Positions 44,535 through 54,701 of a stretch of 64,000 nt of DNA are shown in pieces; position 1 is the stretch's first letter; every line of letters starts with the position of its first letter. A model generated the notes under the pieces. It was not told where the DNA came from, did no database searches, and worked only from the letters and a program-made list of their open reading frames with translations. Position numbers and translations under genes: made by a program. The DNA lies in assembly GCA_963727485.1 (NCBI GenBank), contig CAVSGM010000002.1:320001-384000 (forward strand), in the 5' to 3' direction. Source of the DNA: an uncultured delta proteobacterium (GTDB taxonomy: Bacteria; Myxococcota; Myxococcia; SLRQ01).

Positions 44535-45224
44535 GTGCGGCTGTCGATCTTCGAGCTCGGGGCCTTCCCCTACGACTTCCTCACGGACCAGGACCTCTGG
44601 CGCCAGCAGGTCCTCCGGGTCCTCGACCACGTGGCCGGGACGCCAATGCGGATCCTCGACCTCGGCTGCGGCCCGGGGGTGAGCGCGTTTGCCCTGGGCG
44701 AGCACCTGGGCGACGGCACCGAGATCACCGGCATCGACCTCGCCCACCAGATGGTGGCCCTCGCCGAGCGCCACCACCGGCGCCGCTACCCCCACCTGGA
44801 CCGGGTGCGCTTCCAGCAGGCCGACGCCACCGCGCTGCCCTTCGACGACGACACCTTCGACCTCGCCGTGGGCCACAGCTTCCTCTACCTGGTGCCGGAC
44901 CGGCCGGCGGTCCTCCGGGAGGTGCGTCGGGTGCTGGCCCCCGGCGGCACCCTGGTGCTCATGGAGCCCGCGGCCACCGGGTCGCTCCGGCGGGCGGCCC
45001 TGCGGGCGGCGCCGAAGGCCCCGCTGCTCTGGCGCCGCCCCCTGGACACCCCGCGCTTCCTCACCTCCATGGTCCTGTGGCGGACGGTGAGCGCCGCCGC
45101 CGGCCGCCTCGACCCCCACCGCATCGCCCGGCTCTTCGACGACGCGGGCTTCGAAGACGTCCACTGCCGCCCCACCCTCGCCGGGCTCGGCCTCCACTGC
45201 GTGGGGCGGGTACCGGCGGGATGA
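44535..45224 (+). CDS. Class I SAM-dependent methyltransferase
   Basis: ILDLGCGPG, GIDLA, ADATALPFDDDTFD, RVLAPGG. Confidence 0.9.
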   Translation: MRLSIFELGAFPYDFLTDQDLWRQQVLRVLDHVAGTPMRILDLGCGPGVSAFALGEHLGDGTEITGIDLAHQMVALAERHHRRRYPHLDRVRFQQADATALPFDDDTFDLAVGHSFLYLVPDRPAVLREVRRVLAPGGTLVLMEPAATGSLRRAALRAAPKAPLLWRRPLDTPRFLTSMVLWRTVSAAAGRLDPHRIARLFDDAGFEDVHCRPTLAGLGLHCVGRVPAG

Positions 45225-46135
45225 GCGCCATCGTCGCCCGGGGGCTTGCCAAGGCCTACCCCTCGGGGCTGCGCCGGCGCCGCCATCGGGCCCTGGCCGG
45301 CGTCGACCTCGAGGTCCCCACCGGGACCGCCTTCGGCCTCATCGGCCTCAACGGCGCCGGGAAGACCACCTTCATCAAGAGCCTCCTCGCGGTGGTCCGG
45401 CCCGACGCCGGGGAGGTCTCGGTCCTCGGCGGCGACCCCGAGGACCCGGCCGTGCGCCGGCGCATCGGCTACCTCCCCGAGCGCCTCCTGCTTCGGGACG
45501 CCTACACCCCCCGGGTGTTCCTGCGCACCATCGCCGCCTTCAAGGCGCTCCCGGACGCCGACGCCGACGTGACCCGGCAGCTCGACCGGGTGGGCCTCGC
45601 CGCCGACGCCGACCGCCGGGTGGGCGGGTTCTCCAAGGGGATGCGCCAGCGACTCGGCCTCGCCGCCGCCCTCCTCGGGGCACCGGAGCTCCTCGTCCTC
45701 GACGAGCCCACCGACGGCGTGGACCCCATCGGTCGCATCGCCATCCGGGGCCTGCTCCGGGAGGAGCGCGCGCGCGGGGCCACCATCTTCCTCAACAGCC
45801 ACCTGCTCACCGAGACCGAGCGGGTCTGCGACCGGGTGGCCATCCTCGCCGCCGGGAAGGTGGTCACCGAGACCACCCTGGAGGCGCTCGCCGTGGGCGC
45901 CGGGTGGCGGGCGCGCTTCGCCGAGGGGGCCGACGCCGGGGTCCTGTCCGGGGCCGGCTTCGAGGAGTTCGAGACCGGCGACGGCACACCGGCGGGCTGG
46001 CGCTTCCCCGGCGACGACCCCGAGGCCCTCAACGCCGCCCTCGACCGGGCCCGGGCGGCCGGCGCCCGCCTCCTGGCGCTGAACCCGGACGTCCCCGACC
46101 TCGAGACCCTCCTCGCCCGGACGGTGCAGGCATGA
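45221..46135 (+). CDS. ABC transporter ATP-binding protein
   Basis: GLNGAGKTT, FSKGMRQR, LVLDEP, NSH. Confidence 0.93.
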   Translation: MSAIVARGLAKAYPSGLRRRRHRALAGVDLEVPTGTAFGLIGLNGAGKTTFIKSLLAVVRPDAGEVSVLGGDPEDPAVRRRIGYLPERLLLRDAYTPRVFLRTIAAFKALPDADADVTRQLDRVGLAADADRRVGGFSKGMRQRLGLAAALLGAPELLVLDEPTDGVDPIGRIAIRGLLREERARGATIFLNSHLLTETERVCDRVAILAAGKVVTETTLEALAVGAGWRARFAEGADAGVLSGAGFEEFETGDGTPAGWRFPGDDPEALNAALDRARAAGARLLALNPDVPDLETLLARTVQA

Positions 46136-46968
46136 GGGCCATCCTCGTGGTCACCACCGATCTCCTCCGGGAGGCCCGGGCCCGCCGGTGGCTCCTGGCC
46201 CTGGCCGTGGCGGTGACCGGGCTGCTGGTCGCCGTCGCCCTGGGCCTGCGCCTCGACGTGGTGGACGGGGCGCTCGCGGCCACCACCTTCTTCGGCGACA
46301 AGGTCCGCGGCCCGATGCAGGCCGCCGACGTGGCCCTGCGCCCCCTGTTCCGGGCGGTGAGCTACGTGATCTTCTACGTGGGCACCGCCTTCGGCATCCT
46401 CGCCTGCTCGGACTTCGCCCCCCGGCTCCTCGCCCCGGGCCGCATCGAGCACCTGCTCTCGCTCCCGGTCCGCAGGTGGCAGGTCCTCGCCGGGACCTTC
46501 CTCGGGACCGCCAGCCTCGCCGTGGTCGCCGCCCTCTACGGCAGCGGCGGCATGACCCTCATCGTCGGGTGGAAGACCGGGGTGTGGACCGCGCGCCCGC
46601 TGCTCTCGGGGCTCCTGGCGGCGGGGGTGTTCACGGTGATCTACGCGGCGATGCTCACCGCCGCCGTCTTCGCCCGGAGCGCCGCGTTGTCGGCGGCCAC
46701 CGGGGGCATCCTCTTCGTCTCGGGGATCATCGCCGGCTACCGGGTGCCCATCGCCCGGGCCATCGAGCCGGGGCTGCGGCGCGCCGGCTTCCTCTGGAGC
46801 ACCGCGCTCTTGCCCCGGGTCTCGTCGCTCGCCGATCTCGCCGGGGGCTTCGTCGCCCACCAGCCCCTCCCCGGCGCCCACCTCGCCCGGCTCCTCGCCG
46901 GCGCCGCGTGCTTCGCCCTGGCGCTCCTCGCCGTCGCCGCCTGGCGCTTCGAGGGGAAGGACTTCTGA
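46132..46968 (+). CDS. ABC-2 type permease
   Basis: About 6 TM segments; GRIEHLLSLPVRRWQVLAG; C-terminal FEGKDF. Confidence 0.85.
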   Translation: MRAILVVTTDLLREARARRWLLALAVAVTGLLVAVALGLRLDVVDGALAATTFFGDKVRGPMQAADVALRPLFRAVSYVIFYVGTAFGILACSDFAPRLLAPGRIEHLLSLPVRRWQVLAGTFLGTASLAVVAALYGSGGMTLIVGWKTGVWTARPLLSGLLAAGVFTVIYAAMLTAAVFARSAALSAATGGILFVSGIIAGYRVPIARAIEPGLRRAGFLWSTALLPRVSSLADLAGGFVAHQPLPGAHLARLLAGAACFALALLAVAAWRFEGKDF

Positions 46969-46981
46969 CCGGGAGCCGCCC

Positions 46982-48136
46982 ATGACCCGTGCCCGCCGCC
47001 GCCGCTGGCCCTGGCTCGTCGCCGCCCTGCTCCTCCTGGGGATCGGGGCCTGGCTCGCGGGCCTCGGGGACCTCACCATGCCCATCACCCGCCCGAAGCC
47101 GGTGCGGGTCCACGCCACCGCCCACTCGGTGCAGCGGGAGCGCAAGCGGCTCCGGATGCTCCCGCCGGCGCCCGAGCCCGCCGACGCCGGCCAGGCCCGG
47201 GCCCGCAAGCCCCGTCCCTCGGACCCGCTCCTCACCGCCCTCGGGGGCCACCGGGGGGCGCTGGTCTTCGAGGCCAACGCCCTGTGGAACGAGCCCATGG
47301 GCCAGATGCTCTTCAAGTGCCTGGAGGCGCGCAGCCCCGGGATGCGCAAGGCCCTCGACGACTCGCGCAAGCAGTTCCACTTCGATCCCCTGAAGCAGGT
47401 GGACCGGATGGCCGTGAGCCCCGACCACGTGGTGGCCTTCTCGGGCTTCTTCAAGGGCGTGGACTTCGACGGGATGTTCCCGAACCAGCCCCGGGTGGCC
47501 TACGGCGACCACGCGGTGATCTACGAGCCGCCGCCCGGGGTGGTCCGCGGCCAGCCCTACCTCGCCGTGTGGAACGACGAGCTGCTCCTGGTGGGCCACG
47601 ACGAGGGGGCCCTCCGGCACACCATCGACCAGCTCGAGGGGCGGGCCCCGCGGCCGGCGCCGGCCATCTCCCCCGACGACGCCTACGGGGACGCCTACGG
47701 CTCGCTCCCGGGGGACGTCATCGCCAAGGTGGTGGGCCATGAGAACCCGACGCTCGCCGATCGCATCTCCCAGGGGGTCTCGTCGGCGAAGGTCCACTTC
47801 GACGCCTCCGGGGACGTGAGCCTGAACGCCGGCTTCCAGGCCCGGGACGGCGCCGACCTGAAGGACCTCGAGCGGAGCCTCGCCGGGGCCCTCGCCGCTG
47901 CCCGGGTGACCGCCCAGGCCGAGGGCAAGCCGCACCTCGCCGACCTCCTCGACGACGCGCGGGTGGTCCCCCGGGGGAGCGGCTTTGCCCTCGACCTGCA
48001 GGTGCCCGAGCAGTGGGTCAAGGACGCCCTGGGGAACTGCGCCATCTTCGGGCCGCCGCCGAGGCGGGCGTCGAAGACGGCGCCGCCGACGCCGGACGCG
48101 GGCGCGAAGGAGCAGCCACCACCGGCCGGCCGGTAG
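46982..48136 (+). CDS. Hypothetical N-terminally anchored exported protein
   Basis: RRRWPWLVAALLLLG anchor; coupled to the ABC genes. Confidence 0.72.
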   Translation: MTRARRRRWPWLVAALLLLGIGAWLAGLGDLTMPITRPKPVRVHATAHSVQRERKRLRMLPPAPEPADAGQARARKPRPSDPLLTALGGHRGALVFEANALWNEPMGQMLFKCLEARSPGMRKALDDSRKQFHFDPLKQVDRMAVSPDHVVAFSGFFKGVDFDGMFPNQPRVAYGDHAVIYEPPPGVVRGQPYLAVWNDELLLVGHDEGALRHTIDQLEGRAPRPAPAISPDDAYGDAYGSLPGDVIAKVVGHENPTLADRISQGVSSAKVHFDASGDVSLNAGFQARDGADLKDLERSLAGALAAARVTAQAEGKPHLADLLDDARVVPRGSGFALDLQVPEQWVKDALGNCAIFGPPPRRASKTAPPTPDAGAKEQPPPAGR

Positions 48137-48168
48137 ATCCGACCGGCGCCTCGGACGTCACAGGACCC

Positions 48169-48498
48169 ATGCGCCGCCTCGCCTGGGTCCTCTTCGCCGC
48201 CTCCGCCGTGTGCTTCGTCCTCGCCGCCTGGCCCGCCGTCCGGGCCGATCCCGCCGACCCGCCGGGCGTCCGAGGCCGAGGCCACGCCCTGGCGCTGGCC
48301 CGCAAGTGCGTGAAGGACCACGGCTATCGGGGCGCCGGGGGCTCGCCCCTGTTGCCGGAGCAGGCCACCGCGACCCCCCGGCGGTTCGGCCGCTGGGTGG
48401 TCCACGTCCCCGAGGCTCGGCGGAACACCCGGCCCACGGGCCGGGACCTGGTGATCGACGTGGGCCTGCGGACCTGCCGGCGCGCGCCCATGGACTAG
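48169..48498 (+). CDS. Small hypothetical secreted protein
   Basis: Signal peptide MRRLAWVLF...AVRA; AGGA RBS. Confidence 0.5.
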   Translation: MRRLAWVLFAASAVCFVLAAWPAVRADPADPPGVRGRGHALALARKCVKDHGYRGAGGSPLLPEQATATPRRFGRWVVHVPEARRNTRPTGRDLVIDVGLRTCRRAPMD

Positions 48499-48519
48499 CC
48501 GCGGCCCGCGACCGGCTGC

Positions 48520-49536
48520 TCAGCCCGCGACGACCCCGGCGGCCTCTTCCGCGGCCCCGTAGGGGTCGATCTCCCGGGCGGCGATCCGCGAGACGATGTC
48601 GTCGAGGCGCGCCCCGTCGGCCTCGAGGCGGCCCAGCGCCGTGCGCACCAGGCGTGCCTTCAGGGCCTCGAGGAACTCGTAGCGGGCCCGGTCGTGCTCC
48701 CGGCGGGTCCAGTTGCCGCTCTCCTGGAGCCAGGCCCGGTGGGCGTCGATGCCGTCCGCGACCTCGATGATGCCCTCGCCGGCGGAGGCGCTGGTCTTGA
48801 GGATGGGCACCTCCCAGCCGCCCTCCCCGCTCTGGGCCACGCCCCTCGGCGCCCACTCGCCCGGGCGCGTGGGCCGGGCCGGACCCGAGGGCCGGAAGAG
48901 CTCGAGCATCATCTTCAGCTCGCGGACGGTGCGGTCGGCGCCGGGGCGGTCGGCCTTGTTGACCACGAAGACGTCGGCGATCTCCAGGATGCCCGCCTTG
49001 ATGGCCTGGATGTCGTCGCCGAGGCCCGGGACCACCACCACCACCGAGGTGTGGGCGGCGCGGGTGACCTCGATCTCGTCCTGGCCCACGCCCACGGTCT
49101 CGATGACCACCACGTCCTTGCCCATGGCGTCCATCACCCGGACCACGTCGAGGGTGCTCCGGGAGATGCCGCCGAGGTTCCCGCGGGTGGCCATGGAGCG
49201 GATGAACACCCCCTCGTCGGTGGCGTGGCGCTGCATCCGCACCCGGTCGCCGAGGATGGCCCCGCCGGTGAAGGGGCTGGTGGGGTCGATGGCCACGATG
49301 CCCACCGTCTTCCCCTCCCCGCGCCAGTGGGCGATGAGGGCGTCGGTGAGGGTGCTCTTCCCGGCGCCGGGGTTTCCGGTGATGCCGACGATGAAGGCGT
49401 GGCCGGTGTGGGCGTGGAGGGCCCGGAGCGCGGCCCGGGACGAGGGCATCTCGTCGTCGAGGTCGCGCATCAGGCGCGCGGCGGAGCGGACGTCGCCCCG
49501 GAGGATCCTGTCGACCCGCTCTTTGACCTGGCTCAT
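48520..49536 (-). CDS. meaB: MeaB/ArgK GTPase chaperone of B12 mutases
   Basis: GITGNPGAGKST, IDPTSPFTGGAILGDRVRM, ETVGVGQDE, NKAD. Confidence 0.95.
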   Translation of the reverse strand: MSQVKERVDRILRGDVRSAARLMRDLDDEMPSSRAALRALHAHTGHAFIVGITGNPGAGKSTLTDALIAHWRGEGKTVGIVAIDPTSPFTGGAILGDRVRMQRHATDEGVFIRSMATRGNLGGISRSTLDVVRVMDAMGKDVVVIETVGVGQDEIEVTRAAHTSVVVVVPGLGDDIQAIKAGILEIADVFVVNKADRPGADRTVRELKMMLELFRPSGPARPTRPGEWAPRGVAQSGEGGWEVPILKTSASAGEGIIEVADGIDAHRAWLQESGNWTRREHDRARYEFLEALKARLVRTALGRLEADGARLDDIVSRIAAREIDPYGAAEEAAGVVAG

Positions 49537-49546
49537 GGGCGCCCGC

Positions 49547-50690
49547 TCATCCCTGGAGGAGCCGCCGGGCGATGACCATCCGCTGGATCTCGCTGGTCCC
49601 CTCGCCGATCTCGCAGAGCTTGGCGTCGCGGAAGTAGCGCTCCACCGGGAACTCGCTGGTGTAGCCGTAGCCCCCGTGGATCTGGATGGCCTCGCTGCAG
49701 GCGCGGGTGGCGATCTCCGAGGCGAAGAGCTTGCCCATGGCCGCCTCCTGGCCAAAGGGCCGGCCGGCGTCGCACAGGGCCGCGGCCCGGTGGACCAGCA
49801 GGCGCGCCGCGTCGGTCTGGGTGGCCATGTCGGCGAGCTTGAACTGGATGGCCTGGAACTGGGCGATGGGCTTGCCGAAGGCCTCGCGCTCTCCGGCGTA
49901 GCGGGTGGCCTCTTCCAGCGCGCCCCGGGCGAGGCCCACGGAGAGCGCCCCGATGGTGATGCGCCCCTTGTCGAGGATGGACAGGGCGTTGACGAAGCCC
50001 ATGTCCACCTCGCCCACGCGCATCGAGTCGTCGACCTCGACGTTCTCCAGGACCAGCTCGGCGGTGTCGCTGGAGCGCATCCCGAGCTTCCCGTGGATCT
50101 GGTTCTGGGTGAACCCCGGGGTGCCCTTCTCCAGGATGAAGGCGGTGATGCCCTTCTGCTTCTTGGCCTTGTCGGTGCTGGCGAGGATGACCCAGACGTC
50201 GCCGACCGAGCCCTGGGTGATCCACATCTTGGTGCCGTTGAGGATCCACTTGTCGCCCTTGCGGACGGCGGTGGTCCGCAGGCCGGCGGCGTCGGAGCCG
50301 CTCCCGGGCTCGGTGAGGCCCCAGGCGGCGAGCTTCCGCCCGCTGGCGACCTCGGGGATGTACTTCTTCACCTGCGCTTCATTGCCGAAGTAGCGGATGT
50401 GGCTCGAGCCCAGGCCGTTGTGGCTCGCCACGGTCAGCGCCAGGGAGCCGTCGACCCGGGCAATCTCCTCGATGACCACCGCCAGCGCCAGCATGTCCAT
50501 CCCGGCGCCGCCGAGCGCCTCGGGGACGGTGACCCCGAGGACAGCCCATCTCCCCCAGCTCCTTGACCACCTCCATGGGGAAGGTCTCGTCCCGGTCCCA
50601 GTCCCGGGCGAAGGGCTTGACCTTCGTCTCGCAGAAGCTGCGGACGGTGTCCCGGAGCATGACGTGGGATTCGCTGAGCTGGAAGTCCAT
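49547..50690 (-). CDS. Acyl-CoA dehydrogenase (frameshift ~50540)
   Basis: [49 protein letters not shown]. Confidence 0.93.
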
Positions 50691-50717
50691 GGTGGATACC
50701 TCCTGGGGTCCGACGGA

Positions 50718-52256
50718 TCAGACCGGGTAGACGCAGTGCTTCTTGGGGGGCCGCGCTTCCTGCTTGTTCCAGTAGACGGCGTAGCGGCGGATGAGCTCGT
50801 CGCGCAGATCGTCGCCGGGGACCACGTGGTCGACGATGTTCTCGCTGGCGAGCTTCATGATGTCCACGTCCTCGGCGTACTCGGCGCGCAGCTTCGCCAC
50901 GTAGGCCTCGCGCTCGGCCTCGGGCTTCTCGGCGATCTTCTTGGCGAACACGGCGTTGACCGCGGCCTCGGGGCCCATGACGGCGATCATGGCCTGGGGG
51001 AGCGCCAGGGTCACGTCGGGGTTGAAGCCCGGGCCGCACATGGCGTAGAGGCCCGCGCCGTAGGCCTTGCGGACGATGACCGAGATCTTGGGGACGGTGG
51101 CCTCGCTCACCGCGGCGATCATCTTGGCGCCGGCGCGGATGATGCCCTCCTTCTCGACCTTGGTCCCGATCATGAAGCCGGGCACGTCGGCGAGGTAGAG
51201 CAGCGGGATGTTGAAGGCGTCGCAGAGCCAGATGAAGCGCGCGGCCTTGTCGGCGGAGTCGACGAAGAGCACCCCGCCCTTGAACTTGGGCTGGTTGGCC
51301 ACGATGCCCACCGGATAGCCACCGATGCGCGCGAGGCCCGTGACCATCTCCTTGGCGAAGCGCTTCTTCACCTCCACGAAGCTCTCGGCGTCGACCAGCT
51401 CGGTGATGAGCGCCTTGATGTCGAAGAACTTGTTCTGCTCCTTGGGGATGAGCTCCTCAATCCGCTTGCCGCCAGCCGCCGGGGCCTTGGCCTCCACGAT
51501 CGCCGGCTTCTCCTGCCAGTGCTGGGGGAAGAAGCGGAAGTAGGCCTTCGCCGCCTCGATGGCTTCCTCCTCGGTCTTCATCAGGAAGTCGCCGCAGCCG
51601 GAGACGGCGGTGTGCATCTTGGCGCCGCCCATCTCCTCGAGCGTCACCTTCTCGCCGATGACCATCTCGGCCATGCGCGGGGAGCCCAGGTACATGGAGG
51701 CGTTGCCGTCGACCATGAACACCACGTCGCAGAACGCCGGGATGTAGGCGCCGCCGGCGGCCGAGGGTCCGAAGAGCAGGCAGATCTGGGGCACCTGCCC
51801 GGAGAGGCGCACCTCGTTGTAGAAGATGCGCCCGGCGCCGCGGCGCCCCGGGAACATCTCCACCTGGTCGGTGATCCGCGCGCCGGCCGAGTCCACCAGG
51901 TAGAAGAGCGGAATCTGTTGCCGCTCGGCGACCTCCTGGATGCGCAGGATCTTCTCCACGGTGCGCTTGCCCCAGGACCCGGCCTTGATGGTCGAGTCGT
52001 TGGCCATGATGGCCACCGGCCGGCCGTCGATGCGCGCGAGCCCGGTGACCACGCCGTCTGCCGGCAGATCCCCGGCCAGCACGTTGGCGTAGAGCCCGTC
52101 CTCGATGAACGAGCCCTCGTCGACGAGCAGCTCGATGCGCTGGCGGCAGAACAGCTTGCCCTTCTCGGCGTTGGCCTCGTGGTACTTGGGCTTGCCGCCC
52201 TGCTTCACCACCTCGGCCTGGGCGCGGATCTGGGCGTCGTCGTGCTTGGACTCCAT
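50718..52256 (-). CDS. Acyl-CoA carboxylase carboxyltransferase subunit (MCC beta/LiuB-like)
   Basis: LVDSAGARI, SAAGGAYIPA, EEMGGAKMH, DVPGFMIG, RKAYGAGLYAM. Confidence 0.9.
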   Translation of the reverse strand: MESKHDDAQIRAQAEVVKQGGKPKYHEANAEKGKLFCRQRIELLVDEGSFIEDGLYANVLAGDLPADGVVTGLARIDGRPVAIMANDSTIKAGSWGKRTVEKILRIQEVAERQQIPLFYLVDSAGARITDQVEMFPGRRGAGRIFYNEVRLSGQVPQICLLFGPSAAGGAYIPAFCDVVFMVDGNASMYLGSPRMAEMVIGEKVTLEEMGGAKMHTAVSGCGDFLMKTEEEAIEAAKAYFRFFPQHWQEKPAIVEAKAPAAGGKRIEELIPKEQNKFFDIKALITELVDAESFVEVKKRFAKEMVTGLARIGGYPVGIVANQPKFKGGVLFVDSADKAARFIWLCDAFNIPLLYLADVPGFMIGTKVEKEGIIRAGAKMIAAVSEATVPKISVIVRKAYGAGLYAMCGPGFNPDVTLALPQAMIAVMGPEAAVNAVFAKKIAEKPEAEREAYVAKLRAEYAEDVDIMKLASENIVDHVVPGDDLRDELIRRYAVYWNKQEARPPKKHCVYPV

Positions 52257-52264
52257 GTGGTCTC

Positions 52265-53059
52265 CTACCTGCCCCGGTACCGGGGCGGGCGCTTCTCGCG
52301 GAAGGCGGCGAGGCCCTCGAGGCGGTCCAAAGTGTCGAGGGTCGCCTGGTAGCGCTGGTACTCGATCTCCAGGCCGGTCTCGAGGCTGGCCTCGAGGCCC
52401 TCGCGCATGGCGGCCTTGGCCATGGCCAGCGCCACCGGGCCGCAGCCGGCGATCTCCTCGGCGAGCTGCTTCGCGGTCTCCAGGGCGCCCTCGGGGCCGG
52501 TGCCCTCGGGGGCCAGGCGCTCGACCAGGCCGATGGCGTAGGCCTCCTCGGCGCCCACCCGGCGGCCGGTGAGGATCATCTCGGCGGCCCTGCCCGGCCC
52601 GATGAGCCGCGGGAGCCGCTGGGTCCCGCCGCCGCCCGGGATGATGGCCAGGCGCGCCTCGGTGAGGCCCAGCTTGGCGGTCCGCGCGGCGACCCGGAGG
52701 TCGCAGGCCAGCGCCAGCTCGGTGCCCCCGCCGAAGGCCACCCCGTTCACCGCCGCGACGAAGACCTTGGGGGACGCCTCGATGGCCAGGAGCGTCCGCC
52801 GGAGGTCACGGAGCCACTCGCGGACCTCGTCCTCGCTCATCCCGGCGCGCTCCTTGAGGTCGGCGCCGGCGCTGAACGCCTTGTCGCCGGCCCCGGTCAC
52901 GATGACCGTGCGCACCTCGGCCTCTGCCTCGACGGCGTCGACGAGCTGCTCGAGCTCGGCGCGCGCCGCGCGGGACAGGGCGTTCCTCGCCTCGGGCCGC
53001 GCGAGGGTCCACACCCGCGTGGGCCCGAGGTCGGTCTCCTGCCAGTGGGCCATGTCCAT
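52265..53059 (-). CDS. Enoyl-CoA hydratase, methylglutaconyl-CoA hydratase-like
   Basis: FSAGADLKER, AFGGGTELALACD, GGGTQRLPRLIG. Confidence 0.9.
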   Translation of the reverse strand: MDMAHWQETDLGPTRVWTLARPEARNALSRAARAELEQLVDAVEAEAEVRTVIVTGAGDKAFSAGADLKERAGMSEDEVREWLRDLRRTLLAIEASPKVFVAAVNGVAFGGGTELALACDLRVAARTAKLGLTEARLAIIPGGGGTQRLPRLIGPGRAAEMILTGRRVGAEEAYAIGLVERLAPEGTGPEGALETAKQLAEEIAGCGPVALAMAKAAMREGLEASLETGLEIEYQRYQATLDTLDRLEGLAAFREKRPPRYRGR

Positions 53060-53118
53060 GGGGGGCCGGAAGATAGCGGATGAACGGCCGCGGGCAAAGC
53101 GGTGCGATCAGGGCCCGC

Positions 53119-54036
53119 TCAGGACCGCCGCTCGCCCATCCGCGCCTGGAAGTACCGCCCCGGCAGCCGGTGCCCCACCAGCTCCTGGGCCAGCTGGGCC
53201 ACGGTGACGAGCTTCTCCAGGTCGACGCCGGTCTCGATGCCGAGGCCATGGAGCAGGTACACCAGGTCCTCGGTGGCGAGGTTCCCGCTGGCGCCCTTGG
53301 CGTAGGGGCACCCGCCGAGGCCGCCCACGGCCGCATCGAACGTCGTGATGCCCCGCTCCAGCCCGGCCAGCACGTTGGCGAGCGCGGTCCCCCGGGTGTC
53401 GTGCATGTGCATCGCCAGCCTGGCCAGCGGCACGCCCCCGGCGTCGAGGGCGTCGAGGATGTGCCAGGTCTGCCCCGGGGTGCCGTAGCCCACGGTGTCG
53501 CCGAGGGAGACCTGGTAGCAGCCCATCTCCAGGAGCCTCCCGGCGAGCTCGACCACCCGGTCCACGGAGATGTCGCCCTCCCAGGGGCAGCCCCAGACCA
53601 TGGACAGGTACCCGCGCACCGCGAGGCCCGCGTCCCGGGCCTTCTGCACCGTGGCGGCGTAGATGTCGACCGCCTCGTCGATGGTCCGGTTGATGTTCTT
53701 CTTGTTGTGGGCCTCGCTGGCCGAGAGGAAGATCGCCACCTCCTCCATGCCGGCGGCGAGCGCCCCCTCGAGGCCCTTGAGGTTCGGGACCAGCGCGGTC
53801 CAGGTGGTCCCCGGGCGCTTGGGGAGCGCCGCCGCCAGCTCCCGGTTGTCGGCCAGCGACGGGATCCACCTGGGCGAGACGAAGGAGGTGATCTCCACCT
53901 TGGAGAGCCCGGCGTCCGCGAGGCCCTCGATGAGGCGCACCTTGTCCGCGAGCGGGACCACGGTGGCCTCGTTCTGCAGCCCGTCCCGGGGTCCCACCTC
54001 GTAGACGGTCACGCGCCTGGGGAGGTGCTCGAAGAT
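53119..54036 (-). CDS. Hydroxymethylglutaryl-CoA lyase
   Basis: EVGPRDGLQNE, SLGDTVG, HMHDTRG, GGLGGCPYAKGASGNLATED; start at 54036 (ATC) or 54012 (GTG). Confidence 0.94.
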   Translation of the reverse strand: MFEHLPRRVTVYEVGPRDGLQNEATVVPLADKVRLIEGLADAGLSKVEITSFVSPRWIPSLADNRELAAALPKRPGTTWTALVPNLKGLEGALAAGMEEVAIFLSASEAHNKKNINRTIDEAVDIYAATVQKARDAGLAVRGYLSMVWGCPWEGDISVDRVVELAGRLLEMGCYQVSLGDTVGYGTPGQTWHILDALDAGGVPLARLAMHMHDTRGTALANVLAGLERGITTFDAAVGGLGGCPYAKGASGNLATEDLVYLLHGLGIETGVDLEKLVTVAQLAQELVGHRLPGRYFQARMGERRS

Positions 54037-54037
54037 G

Positions 54038-54454
54038 CTACGCCTCGTCGCCCCGGGGCTGGATCTCGCTGCCCACCCACTCGATGATCTGCTCGGTGGA
54101 GGTGCCCGGGGTGAAGATCTCGGCGACGCCCTTCTCCTTGAGGACCGGGATGTCGTCGTCGGGGACGATGCCGCCGCCGAAGACCACGATGTCCCCGGCG
54201 CCCTTCTCCCGCAACAGGTCGATGATGGCCGGGAACAGGGTCATGTGGGCCCCGGACATGATGGACACGCCGATGGCGTCCACGTCCTCCTGGACCGCGG
54301 CGGCGACAATCATCTCGGGCGTCTGGTGGAGGCCCGTGTAGATGACCTCGAAGCCGGCGTCCCGGAGGGCGCGGGCGACAATCTTGGCGCCCCGGTCATG
54401 GCCGTCGAGGCCGGGCTTGGCGACGAGGACGCGGGCCTTGCGCTTGGTGCTCAT
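54038..54454 (-). CDS. Acyl-CoA mutase small (cobalamin-binding) subunit
   Basis: [10 protein letters not shown] (DxHxxG), SIMSGAH, GGIVP, FTPGT. Confidence 0.94.
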   Translation of the reverse strand: MSTKRKARVLVAKPGLDGHDRGAKIVARALRDAGFEVIYTGLHQTPEMIVAAAVQEDVDAIGVSIMSGAHMTLFPAIIDLLREKGAGDIVVFGGGIVPDDDIPVLKEKGVAEIFTPGTSTEQIIEWVGSEIQPRGDEA

Positions 54455-54632
54455 GGGGTCTCCCGGTGAGGTTCGGCACCATACTGCAAAGCCCCGGGAT
54501 GACGGAAGGATCGTCTTCGCCGCGGCACTCCCTCGATGCGGCCGCACCGGACGGGCCCATGATGCGTTGCGCCGGGGCGTTGCCTGCCCGGGCCGGGCCG
54601 TGGCGGGCCCGGGCGACCTCCTCCGCGCGCCT

Positions 54633-54651
54633 AATACAGCAGTGCTGTATT
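54633..54651. promoter_or_regulatory. Perfect palindromic operator-like site in a divergent intergenic region
   Basis: AATACAGCA-G-TGCTGTATT, AT-rich in a GC-rich background. Confidence 0.6.
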
Positions 54652-54701
54652 GGGCCCGCGACCCTTGCCCACCCGGCCCGCGGGCGCACCTTGGGACCAC
54701 C

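Noticed and set aside
54455..54700. Cobalamin riboswitch upstream of the mutase small subunit
   Set aside because: I could not find the conserved B12-box or core motifs on the - strand; an Rfam scan would settle it.
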